NCBI GenBank assembly: GCA_963811105.1
Contig: CAWEPZ010000013.1
Location: 32,001-96,000 of the forward strand
DNA from: Candidatus Bathyarchaeota archaeon
Lineage (GTDB): Archaea > Thermoproteota > Bathyarchaeia > Bathyarchaeales > Bathycorpusculaceae
Length of the DNA stretch: 64,000 nt
Direction of reading: 5' to 3'
Shown here: positions 51,026 to 60,849 of the stretch, piece after piece
Layout: every line of letters starts with the position of its first letter
Numbering within the stretch: position 1 is the first letter of the stretch
Notes under the pieces: model-generated
Seen by the model: the letters and a program-made list of their open reading frames with translations, nothing else
Told to the model about the DNA's origin: nothing
Database searches by the model: none
Made by a program: the position numbers and the translations under genes

Positions 51026-53065
51026 ATGAAGAAGAAAATTTGCTTTTTTTTGCTCACTGTTCTTATTTGCTCTACGTTGTCCAGTATTGCTATTCAAGGT
51101 GTTTTGGCGCAGACTCCGAATCTTTTGGATCCTCTATTAATCCCTAAATGGGTCAACCAACTTGAAAAACCTCCGCCAACATATATTTCAAACAATATTA
51201 CAGATAATTCGGGTAATTTGATACGTCAAGAATACGTCGTAAGCATACGGGAATTTGAGCAACAATTATTACCGATTGTTGATTCCAGTGGGAAACCAAC
51301 TGGATTTGGAGCTACTACGGTTTGGGGATTTGAAGGGCAAGCCAAGGATTCGATAACTGGAGAAAATCTAGGTTTAGTTCAAAGTACTCCAGGATGCACT
51401 TTTGAAGCCATTCAAGGCGTTCCCGTTCGGGTGAAATGGGTAAATGACCTTGTAGATGCTTCTGGGAATCCTTTGCCAGCTCTTTTTGCTGTTGATCCAA
51501 CTCTTAATTGGGCTAATCCTAACGGCATGCAAATGCCTAATCCAAATTCTGCACCATCGTTTCCACCTGGTTATCCCCAAGCTCAAAGCCCAGTTCCCAT
51601 TGTGATTCATCTGCATGGAGGAGAAGTTCCGTCGAGTTCAGATGGAAATCCCGAAGCATGGTGGACGGCAAACGGATTGCATGGACCTGCTTACAGCACT
51701 GATTTACCCACCGATGCTAATTCAGCAGTTTTTGATTACCCCAACGAGCAACAAGCAACTACCCTTTGGTATCATGATCACGCAATGGGAATTACTCGTC
51801 TTAATGTCATGTCTGGACTTGCTGGTTTCTACTTATTAAGAAACACGGAGGACCAAGTTGCGGGATTGCTACCACAAGGTGAGTTTGAAATTCCTCTAGC
51901 TATTCAGGATAGAAGTTTTCTTTCAAACGGCTCACTCTATTTTACTAGCGAAGGTAATAATCCATCAGTTCATCCTTATTGGGATCCCACTTTTATTGGA
52001 AATACAATTATGACTAATGGAAAAGTGTGGCCAAACATGGACGTTAAACAAGGTCAATATCGTCTCAGAATTTTGGATGGGTCAAACTCTCGCTTCTATT
52101 CACTGCATTTCTCAAATAATATGCCGTTTACTCAGATAGGAAGTGATGGCGGATACCTTAAAACCCCAGTAAAACTTACTTCTCTAACGATCTCGCCAGC
52201 CGAACGAGTTGACCTATTAGTCGATTTTTCTAATATAGCGCCTGGCGAAAAAATAGTTCTTCAGAATACGGATCCATCTTTGATTACGAATGATGAAAAA
52301 CAAACTGTGGGGCAAATAATTCAGTTTACGGTCACCAATAAAAAAGAGTCAGCGGCACAGTCCTTACCATCTAACCTAAATCCGACGCTTATGGGAAACT
52401 TTCCAACTTTGCCCTCTCCTACTAGAAATAGAACATTCACTTTAATTGAACAAGGCAATCCTGCTGAGCCAGTATTAATGCTGCTTGATGGGCAAAGTTG
52501 GGACGCTCCAGTTTCAGAGAAACCGGAATTAGGCACTACTGAAGACTGGTTTATAGCTAATCCAACGATGCATACACATCCAATTCATCTGCATCTAGTC
52601 CAATTTCAACTTGTTCAGCGCCAAACGCTTGCTTCTGTTGAGTATTTAAGGGATTGGACTACTTTAAATGGAAATCTTCCCCTGAATCACAGCACCATAA
52701 ATATCGCTTCTTTTAATCAATACCTTGTAGGTCAACCGATTAAGCCAACTACGAAAGAAGAATGCTGGAAGGATACCATTCAAGCCGAAGCAGGAACGGT
52801 TACTGTCATCAGAATACGATTTGCACCACAGGACGGTTCAGCCTACAAGTTTGACCCAACTATTGGCCCTGGATACGTTTGGCATTGCCACATTCTTGAC
52901 CATGAAGACAATGAAATGATGCGTCCTTTTTTTGTCGTGGGCTCTAATAATCAGATGGCTCTTTTGTCATCTCTTGCTATAGTTGTAGTAATCGGCTTAA
53001 TAGTGACTGGATTGATTGTTTTTAGACACTTTCGAAGGCGAACAAATAGAAATATTAATCTGTAA
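51026..53065 (+). CDS. Membrane-anchored three-domain multicopper oxidase (CotA/bilirubin oxidase-like)
   Basis: Copper motifs HLHGG, WYHDH, HPIHLH, HCHILDHEDNEMM; signal peptide; C-terminal TM plus RRR. Confidence 0.93.
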   Translation: MKKKICFFLLTVLICSTLSSIAIQGVLAQTPNLLDPLLIPKWVNQLEKPPPTYISNNITDNSGNLIRQEYVVSIREFEQQLLPIVDSSGKPTGFGATTVWGFEGQAKDSITGENLGLVQSTPGCTFEAIQGVPVRVKWVNDLVDASGNPLPALFAVDPTLNWANPNGMQMPNPNSAPSFPPGYPQAQSPVPIVIHLHGGEVPSSSDGNPEAWWTANGLHGPAYSTDLPTDANSAVFDYPNEQQATTLWYHDHAMGITRLNVMSGLAGFYLLRNTEDQVAGLLPQGEFEIPLAIQDRSFLSNGSLYFTSEGNNPSVHPYWDPTFIGNTIMTNGKVWPNMDVKQGQYRLRILDGSNSRFYSLHFSNNMPFTQIGSDGGYLKTPVKLTSLTISPAERVDLLVDFSNIAPGEKIVLQNTDPSLITNDEKQTVGQIIQFTVTNKKESAAQSLPSNLNPTLMGNFPTLPSPTRNRTFTLIEQGNPAEPVLMLLDGQSWDAPVSEKPELGTTEDWFIANPTMHTHPIHLHLVQFQLVQRQTLASVEYLRDWTTLNGNLPLNHSTINIASFNQYLVGQPIKPTTKEECWKDTIQAEAGTVTVIRIRFAPQDGSAYKFDPTIGPGYVWHCHILDHEDNEMMRPFFVVGSNNQMALLSSLAIVVVIGLIVTGLIVFRHFRRRTNRNINL

Positions 53066-53291
53066 AGGCGAATTTGTACCTTAACTACTTGCTCAGACTC
53101 ACTTTATTAGCGGATTAAATCGATTTTGACGAAAACTTGCGAAAAATCATAAAGAAATAGTTATATAGAGTTTTTTGGGTTGTGGGGTTTGGAGATATTT
53201 TGAGGGGGGAGAAGGGAGAGAGTGCTAAAAAATATAATTTCTCCAAACCTTTCCACCCAACCCATTGTTTTGGTTTTTTTGCCCTCCATAA

Positions 53292-54471
53292 TTATAAGGC
53301 TTTGAAAGCCTCGAACCATCTGCTATATGCCGACAACATGTCTAAGGATACACTTGGTTTGCGTTCTTCGAGGATTTGGCGGAAGTCAGTCATTGTTAGG
53401 AATCTTGGTTTTGCTTCTTTGTCCATTGCTTTGCCTGATTCGAAGAATTCGCCGATGAGCTTTAGCTGGGCTGATTGGCATACATCTCGTATGTCGCTTC
53501 CTGAGAATCCTTCGGAAAGCCTAGCTCAGCTCTGTTAAGTCCACATCTGGGTCTATTTGCAAGTTGCTTGCATAGAGCTTAAACATGCTGAATCTTGTCG
53601 TGTGATCTGCAAGTGGAACAAGAATTCTTTTTTGGAATCGTCTAATGAAAGCCCAATCTAAATCCCAAGGTTTATTGGTTGCTCCAATAACATAAACGTG
53701 AAGAGCCTTGCCTTTGTCAACTATACCATCCATTTCTTTTAGGAATTGGTTGCGTACGCGTATTTCCCCGCCGACTTCGTTGTTGTGTGCTCCCATTAGT
53801 GAGTCTAATTCGTCAATGAACACTATAGCTGGTTTTCCTTCGATAGAGGATTTGCGTGCTGAACCAAATAGTTTAGAAACGTTCTGTTCTGCTTCTCCAA
53901 GCCATTTAGACATTATTGATGCTGCGTCAATTGAGTAGAAGTTTGCGTCAATCTCTGTTGCAACCGCTGCTGCTAAAAGAGTTTTTCCACATCCAGGCGG
54001 GCCAAATAGTAGTATGCCTCGTGGCCAGCCAAGTGGGAATAAGTCTGGTCGTTGTACAGGATAAACAATGGCTTCTTTCACTGCTTTTTTTGCGGTGTCT
54101 AAACCTATTACTTCGTCCCAGTTTACTTTTGGTTTCTCTGTCATGACTAGTTCTTCGCTTGGTTTGCTGCTTCCGTTGCCGTCTACCGTTGCTGATCCGC
54201 CGCCTTGAGTATCGTTGTTACTTGCTTCGTTCATTTCTGCCGAAGATACCGCTCCTTGCAACGCTTTGATTCTTTCTTGATAAGCGATGGCTCGTTGCAC
54301 GTAGACTTTGTTTAAACCGTATTCAGGGTAAAGTTGAACAAGTTGCAATAGGCTCTCTATTGCTTTTTGGTAGAGTGTTATTGCTCTTCCTTTTTGTCCT
54401 TGTTTATCTAAACGTACTGCGTCTAAAGCGTACGTTGTTGCCGCTCTCTCAAGTTCGTTTGATGCACTCAT
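53292..54471 (-). CDS. cdvC: Vps4/CdvC AAA ATPase with MIT domain; +1 indel at ~53527
   Basis: MIT domain (AVRLDKQG..AITLYQKAI), GPPGCGKT, FIDELD, GATNKPW, RRFQKR. Removing one base continues ELARLSEGFSGSDIRDVCQ...RKPSV...FKAL to the stop at 53292. Confidence 0.93.
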
Positions 54472-54487
54472 TTTTTATTTTCTCTCC

Positions 54488-55390
54488 CTACTCTGGCGAT
54501 TTTAACTCAATTTTGATTTTGCCCTTTGTTCCCAAACTTTCTAGGGCCCGCTCAATTTCTTCGTTAGAAGTTTGAAGGTCACTTGAACATCGACCTAAAT
54601 CTATTTCACCGTTAGTCTTTCGGACATATTCTAGAAGTACATCTTCTAAAGCGGGGTTCTGAACCTTCAGAGAAAATTCTTTGATTTCATGTTTCTTATA
54701 AGAGAACACTGAATTTGAAGGATCAAATCCGGTTTCCTCTGTGGTTTTATGTCCAATCATCTGTGAAGAGGTAGCTGTTAGGGCGACAAGTTCCTTGATT
54801 GGAGTTTTCTCCTTGACCTCTTTAACTGGCGCAGCAATGGGAGGTTCTGGAAGGCTGTCAGCTATTTTTTGTTGCATGAAACAGGTTACTTCTTTTAGTA
54901 TTTCTTCGCCGCCTTCTGTCTTTTTACCAACCGGAATCAAATCTTCATCGGTTGTAATCTTTGCTGCATGGAGTGTTTCTTGAACCGTATCAGCAACCGT
55001 GTTAAGTTCTGAGCTAACATCAGGCAATACCTGGAATAGCTCTTGAGAAACGTTTTGAAGCAACTGCAGTGCAGGTTTCAAATCCGAGACAATGTCGCCT
55101 AGTTCTTTGATTGTTTCTAGACGCATGATTACTCGTTCAATGGCTAACTGAACATTATAAAGGAATTTGACCAATTTTCGAACTTCAGCCAGTTCGGTCG
55201 CGCAGATAGCGGCTTTTTCACGATTCTTCTTTTTTAAGGCACCCATGCAAGTTTCAAAAAGAACTCGATCTCTTTCTTTTAAGCGAAAACTAGCTTGTTC
55301 AAGCTTGTTTTGTTGAACTTTAAGAGTAGTAATAGATTTGTTGGCGACTTCACGTATGGGGGTAGGGCTTGGGTTACTTAGTCCTCTCAT
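54488..55390 (-). CDS. cdvB: ESCRT-III/CdvB with C-terminal winged-helix domain
   Basis: Snf7 core (RDRVLFE...AAICATELAEVRK...QLAIERVIMRLETI), MIM2-like LPEPP, C-terminal wH (LLEYVRKTNGEIDL...IERALESL). Confidence 0.88.
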   Translation of the reverse strand: MRGLSNPSPTPIREVANKSITTLKVQQNKLEQASFRLKERDRVLFETCMGALKKKNREKAAICATELAEVRKLVKFLYNVQLAIERVIMRLETIKELGDIVSDLKPALQLLQNVSQELFQVLPDVSSELNTVADTVQETLHAAKITTDEDLIPVGKKTEGGEEILKEVTCFMQQKIADSLPEPPIAAPVKEVKEKTPIKELVALTATSSQMIGHKTTEETGFDPSNSVFSYKKHEIKEFSLKVQNPALEDVLLEYVRKTNGEIDLGRCSSDLQTSNEEIERALESLGTKGKIKIELKSPE

Positions 55391-55433
55391 ACCTTAGCCC
55401 GCCTCAGAGTGAAATCTCCTTTTTTTCTGGCTA

Positions 55434-56150
55434 TTAGATGCCAGCTTTTCCGACTTCTTTGACGTAAACAACCACTGGAGGCTCAGGTAGCTTTTGCGCA
55501 GCGGCATTTACTTGTTCTGCATAGGTTTTCGTTCTCTGGGTGATGTCTTGCGTATCGCCTAGTAGCACACTTGAAATTTTGCTTTTTGTCAGTTCGTAAT
55601 CTGTTCTTTCAGATACTGCGCGTTTTAATGTATCTTGCAGCAGTGCGAAAGCAGATTTGTAGTTTTCTTCATCAACTTTTCCTATTTCGTGTTCAATTTC
55701 TAGGTTAGCTATGGCATAGCTTAGAGATGTTATTTCTTCTCGGCATCGTTCAATTTCCACAGATGCTTCGTCAATGATAATTTGCGCGTCTTTCTTAAGT
55801 TGGGTGAGAACGCCAGTGAAGCTATTATGAAGTTCTTGGAAAATTTCTGGAGTAATTTTCTTCTTATCCAAAAGGTCTTTTAATGCTTCATCTTTGCGCC
55901 AAATCAAGGGTATATGGTCGCAGAGTATGCTTGCTTGTGATTTAATTTTGGTTACGAATGTAATATCTGCACCATTAAATCGCAAGCTTTCCATTGGTTG
56001 TTTACTGAATTGGCCATCGCCAAATTCAAGATATACAGCTTCAAATTTTCCACTCGGGGTTAATGCGAAAGATGCAACTTTTCCAATTACTCTTCCATAT
56101 TCGTTCTTTATAGGTTTACCAATATAAAGAAAAAGATTGGAGTTAGACAT
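55434..56150 (-). CDS. cdvA: Cell division protein CdvA
   Basis: PRC-like N-terminus YIGKPIKNEYGRVIG, coiled coil, C-terminal PPVVVYV tail; lies between two ESCRT-III genes; AGGAGG RBS. Confidence 0.88.
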   Translation of the reverse strand: MSNSNLFLYIGKPIKNEYGRVIGKVASFALTPSGKFEAVYLEFGDGQFSKQPMESLRFNGADITFVTKIKSQASILCDHIPLIWRKDEALKDLLDKKKITPEIFQELHNSFTGVLTQLKKDAQIIIDEASVEIERCREEITSLSYAIANLEIEHEIGKVDEENYKSAFALLQDTLKRAVSERTDYELTKSKISSVLLGDTQDITQRTKTYAEQVNAAAQKLPEPPVVVYVKEVGKAGI

Positions 56151-56169
56151 GTTTGTTTTTCCTCCTTTT

Positions 56170-56829
56170 TTAGAAACTCTGTGTTGATTTTTCTGATTGT
56201 GGGGCTGAGGGCATTCCTGGGGGCAGATCTGGGAACTTATCTTTTATCTTCTGCTCTGCAACTGTTGCTGCTTCTGTTAGAATCTTCGCTGCGTCTTCGT
56301 TTACTGAGTCAAAGTTTAGTGTCATTCCGCTGCCTTGGCCTGCTTCGATCATGATTCCGCTTAGCATGTTGCCGATTTCTCCCAGTTCGCTTTCTGCTTC
56401 TGGAAATACGCTTGTTAAGCCTGATCTGACAGAACGTAGAACTCCTACAGCTGGACCTAAGGTTGATACTACGTCTCCTAGTTCTGATACTGTTCGTAAT
56501 CTTAATGTGATTTGTTCGAGTGCAAGTTTGGCATTCATTATTAACTTTGACATTTTTCTGACTTCAGCTAGTTCGTTAGCGAAAACGTTTGCGCGCGCGC
56601 TGTCATGTTTTGCGTATGCATCAACTATTCGGGCAAAAATTGCTCTGTCTCTTTGGCTGAACCTGTCTGTTGCTTGGTCTAGCTTTTGTACTTGAAGCTC
56701 GATTCGTCTTACTGCAAAGTCAAGTCGTGGTTTCAATGGTCCTGGCGGTTTTACGGCGTCTTTAATGCGATTTTGGAATGGCTCATCTTCCCGTTTACTT
56801 TCCCACTTTTTTGCGAATCTTTCTGACAA
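56170..56829 (-). CDS. ESCRT-III/Snf7 paralog (CdvB1/B2-like, no wH domain)
   Basis: RDRAIFARIV, RANVFANELAEVRK, LEQITLRLRTVSELGD, AAKILTEA, FPDLP; TTG start with GAGGT RBS. Confidence 0.9.
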   Translation of the reverse strand: MSERFAKKWESKREDEPFQNRIKDAVKPPGPLKPRLDFAVRRIELQVQKLDQATDRFSQRDRAIFARIVDAYAKHDSARANVFANELAEVRKMSKLIMNAKLALEQITLRLRTVSELGDVVSTLGPAVGVLRSVRSGLTSVFPEAESELGEIGNMLSGIMIEAGQGSGMTLNFDSVNEDAAKILTEAATVAEQKIKDKFPDLPPGMPSAPQSEKSTQSF

Positions 56830-56880
56830 TTTGATTACCTCTGAAGACTCAGGGTGCAGAATCAATCTTATACATTGTTA

Positions 56881-56922
56881 ATATGGCCAAGATATGCACG
56901 TATATATGTACAGATATATGTA
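56881..56922. promoter_or_regulatory. Four helically phased ATATG repeats in the cdv promoter region
   Basis: ATATG at 56881, 56892, 56904 and 56916 (spacing 11/12/12). Confidence 0.4.
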
Positions 56923-57052
56923 GCCAATAAATGTCCATTAAGCTTTAACTGGATGAGTTAAAGATGATGCAGGCACCAAACTGTTTAGACAAAAATATGT
57001 GTTATAGACTAAAAAGAAAGACAGAGCTATGCTAAAACAAAAAGGTGATTGA

Positions 57053-57277
57053 ATGAATAGTAGATTAAAAGTATTCGGAGTAATAGCTGTTTTAGGCTTC
57101 CTAGCCGGCGTCATAGCGCAACTCACAGCAAGCTTTTTCATTCCGTGGATGATCGCAATTTTACCGCTGCTTGGTGGTGCAACAAGCTTCATAATTTCAG
57201 GATTTGCCGGTGCATGCATAACAGTAGTGCTAGTAAGCGCTTGGGCATACATGACAGGCAAAAAAGAGCCGTATTAA
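57053..57277 (+). CDS. Small two-TM membrane protein divergent from the cdv operon
   Basis: 74 aa, two Gly/Ala-rich helices, GGTGA RBS. Confidence 0.7.
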   Translation: MNSRLKVFGVIAVLGFLAGVIAQLTASFFIPWMIAILPLLGGATSFIISGFAGACITVVLVSAWAYMTGKKEPY

Positions 57278-58146
57278 GAAGAACCCGGCTCTAACCTCTT
57301 TCTTTATTACAATATTTTCCCGAAATTTTTATTAAATCAAAAAATCCTTGTTTTTCCATTTTTCTCGGTTATGTAGCAGAAAAAGTTGTCATTTGCCCCA
57401 AGCTCTGTCTACCTTGATAATTCAAATATATGCTAACGAAATTTTTTGGACTCAATAGCGGAAAAAGACTTCACAAGCTTCCAGCATTATTAACCCCGCC
57501 TTCCGCTTCATCGTACCTCGATTTTCTCATCGTCCAAACCTGTAGGATATCATCCAAACTTATTTGCGTTTCCTGAAATGGGATTATTCTTCAGGGAATA
57601 TCAGTGTATACTCTTTGCCGTTCTGGTTAAACCTCATTACTTTGTACCTAAGTCGAATAGTGCTAGAGTAGGCTATATTTGCTTTTAAGATTTTAAGGGA
57701 TTCATTATTTTTCCTTTGCGGTTTAAAGACTTTTAGATTTTGTTCTTCCCTTGTCTGTTGTTTGTTCTGTTACGGTTTACTATTCTTCTTTTGTGTTGTG
57801 TAATGTGGTGTCGTGTCGTTTGGTAGCGTGTTGTGTTGTGGTGACGGTTGGGGGTGTGTTGAGGGTATCAGTGTAAGAGTAGGAGAGTAAGAGAATAGGA
57901 GAGTGGGAAATAGTAGGAGTAAATTTGAGTATGTGTAGTTTAGTATTTAGAGGAGAGATAGAGAAAGATTAAATTCTAATTCACCAACCAACAACCCCAA
58001 GAAAATGCAACACTCCTGCAATTCAAACCAAGAGATTAGGAGTTCGGATAATCGCTAGTGAAAGATTAAAGAGATTTCTTTCACTGAACCGAATTCAAAC
58101 TTTTCATCGATAACTATTTATTTTATCTCTATCGTATTTTATCACG

Positions 58147-58377
58147 GTGTTTTTGTTGGAAACTGATAGAAAAATGGAAAATCATTCAAAATCCATGGAA
58201 AAGGCTGCTCAAAATATGGCTGAAACAGTCATTACAATTATGGATAGACTTGCTGGAAAAGAATCGGACCTTAAACTTAGTTTCGAAGACTTAACCCTTG
58301 ATATGGGCATGTTTAAGGTGAAACTTAACGGTGCAATTGTTTTAGACGTCGTTTACGCCAAAGAAGCAAAAACTTAG
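58147..58377 (+). CDS. Hypothetical protein
   Basis: 76-aa ORF with globular-looking composition; probably co-transcribed with the next gene. Confidence 0.6.
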   Translation: MFLLETDRKMENHSKSMEKAAQNMAETVITIMDRLAGKESDLKLSFEDLTLDMGMFKVKLNGAIVLDVVYAKEAKT

Positions 58378-58397
58378 CTTTTCTAGAGCAACGAAGG

Positions 58398-58817
58398 ATG
58401 TCCCTTGCAACTGTCATAGCCGAGATGATAGAGTCAGGAAAAGTTACTGTGTCTACTAGTAAATTTGAAGCCCTAGAAATCAACGCGGCAAACAAGAAAA
58501 TCGAAATCAACGCTCTCAACAAGGAATTCCTAAAACAAGTCCTTGTAGCGGCACGGGACGGAAAAAAGAGCAAAGGAACACTTGACAGCGTAAAGGAAAC
58601 CGTTGGTCAAATTGAAACCGCTCGAAGTAGTCTCGGTCAGCTCAAAGGGGTTGCCGAAGAATTATCTGAGGTAGGCATCACGGTCACGCTGTCGTATAAG
58701 GGCGACGTCGTTGTTACTATGGGTTCTAAGGCAAAGCCTAAACTCTCAAGCGCAGTAACAGGAACAAAAGCTATAGAAATAAACAGTCCACGAAAGCTAA
58801 TAGGACTAGGCATCTAA
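58398..58817 (+). CDS. Hypothetical protein
   Basis: 139-aa ORF with normal codon usage, 20 nt after the previous gene. Confidence 0.7.
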   Translation: MSLATVIAEMIESGKVTVSTSKFEALEINAANKKIEINALNKEFLKQVLVAARDGKKSKGTLDSVKETVGQIETARSSLGQLKGVAEELSEVGITVTLSYKGDVVVTMGSKAKPKLSSAVTGTKAIEINSPRKLIGLGI

Positions 58818-59150
58818 CTGAACACAACATGGTTTACCCCAAAAGTATCTAGTTAGGCAGCAGAATTAAATAATTAGTTAACCGTTGGCTCTTTAACAAC
58901 AAAGGATGTTTTGAGGGAGACTTCTCCAAATGATATTGGTTCAATTTCAACTATGTCAATAAGCATTAGGGTTCGACCTAAATCCTAAGTTTTTTTTTGA
59001 TTAAATTTTGATACTTAATTGAAAAATCTCCAGAATTAATATGCTTTAATTCACGCTCTAAACAGTCAACAAGTAAGCAGATTGCTATACAAGAATAAGT
59101 GCAAATGCTTAAAATCATTTTAGACAAATAAGGAAAAGAGGCGTAAAAAC

Positions 59151-59408
59151 ATGAATAAAGGCAGACTTTACGAAGAATTAATTCCAATTGAACAATTATC
59201 GTATAAAGGGTATAATACTCCTGAACTTGCAAATGCTAAAATAAAGCAAATTTTAGATGAAGTTAAAAAAGAAATGCCACCTTTTACCGAAAAATGGGTT
59301 AATACAGAATACGAAAACCCTGATTGGAAAGCAACCTGTGAAGCTATGAACGAAAGAACAAACGCAAGAGAAAAGTGGTTTATTAAATGGTTTGGTGAAC
59401 AAAAATAA
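59151..59408 (+). CDS. Hypothetical protein
   Basis: 85-aa ORF with GAGG RBS. Confidence 0.55.
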   Translation: MNKGRLYEELIPIEQLSYKGYNTPELANAKIKQILDEVKKEMPPFTEKWVNTEYENPDWKATCEAMNERTNAREKWFIKWFGEQK

Positions 59409-59657
59409 GCGAAGTTGTAAACCCGACTCCGAATATGCCTATACCTCATATGATTATTCTAAGTAATCCTTGGATCGTGTCTGCTGCTAAGGTGCTTTAA
59501 AACGCTGAACATTAAATTGGTTGGTTGGATTAAAAATTAGCCGAATATGTTGCGGATTTTTGCGACTTAACTAAAATCCATTAAAAAAGGAGTTTAAAAG
59601 AATATGAGTTTCGAAATGAAATCACACCTAAACGATGCGGTTGTTGACGAATTTCTA

Positions 59658-59717
59658 AACAGCCAAACCAAAGAGAGAAAACTTTCAACAGCCAAACCAA
59701 AGAGAGAAAACCTTCAA
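59658..59717 (+). repeat. 29-bp tandem duplication
   Basis: aacagccaaaccaaagagagaaaacYttc twice, one mismatch. Confidence 0.85.
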
Positions 59718-60080
59718 AAGTTCCCGAACGGTTTTCCGGCAAATAGGCAAGGGTAAAGGATAAGATACTTTTTCTTAAAACCTCAATTAGACTACAAATT
59801 TTCCGATGTTCAAAACTCTTTTTAACTGTCTCAAACAAATAGACATGGAAATAAACCAAAGGAGAACGAAAAACATAAAGGGTAAAAAGGTGCGTAAAAC
59901 TGTTTATTGATATTCAAATCATATCAAAATATGATTATACCCCAATTTCATTTACCTTCATGTTTCTGCTCTCTGGAGCATTAATTGGTTTCCTGTTGGC
60001 ATTCAAAACTGTAAGACAATTGAATGGGGTATAATACATTACGAAGCAGCTTTTTAGGCCAAACGTTTTTCTTCAAAGCA

Positions 60081-60272
60081 TTATTTCTTCTTCTTTATTT
60101 CTAGAGAGGCTTCGTAAGGAAAGAACAACGGTTGTTGGATTGAAGGACTAATCTTTATACTGCCTGACCCATCCTTGAATACCAACGGATATTCCCTAAC
60201 AAGTATTCTAACAAATTCTTCCAAAGCATGAGTGGCTTGAGTGATCTGGATTTCTTCGGTCTCTGAAGGCAT
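60081..60272 (-). CDS. Small hypothetical protein
   Basis: 63-aa ATG ORF, no recognisable motif. Confidence 0.4.
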   Translation of the reverse strand: MPSETEEIQITQATHALEEFVRILVREYPLVFKDGSGSIKISPSIQQPLFFPYEASLEIKKKK

Positions 60273-60849
60273 TTTCTATCAACGATTAATGTTTACCTCA
60301 ATTTTACCTTTAAGTCTATTCTTTCTAAGTCTGTTATGGCGAATGAATAACCGCGTTTGTGTTTAATTGACAGACATAGGCAGACTGTCTAACACACACG
60401 TTTCATAGGGGCTTGCACCTGAGAGAGCATATGCGCGAAAATGAGAGCAGTAGTGGGCGAGTGCGTTCGAGAGAGAAAGATAAAAATTTAATCCCAAACC
60501 CCATCCCAAACCCAAACTACTTCACTTTAACCAACTGCTACTCTCTTCTACTCCTTCCAACTTTCTCTCAACAAGAAAACAAAACCAAACACGACTATTG
60601 AATCGTATCCGTTTCTCTGGATACAAATCATTTTAAGTACATTAACCCGTAGACACGAACTATCCGCGAATAATACGTTGCTATAAAGATGTACTTTGAT
60701 TTTTTCATATAATTCGCCGAAGAAGGTAAGGTTATAAAACCATTTGCAGGATTCGCCAAACCAAGCATTACTTCGGCAATCAAAAGAAAACTCTCCATCA
60801 TGTTAAAATTGAACCAGTGAAACTTGATTTAAATTAAGGGGAACGGAAA

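Noticed and set aside
53500-53540. Programmed frameshift or true truncation of cdvC
   Set aside because: No slippery heptamer; same +1 pattern as four other sites, so a sequencing indel is more parsimonious
57300-58100. Replication origin
   Set aside because: No ORB repeats and no adjacent orc1/cdc6; the skew polarity (G-rich to C-rich) is opposite to that expected at an origin
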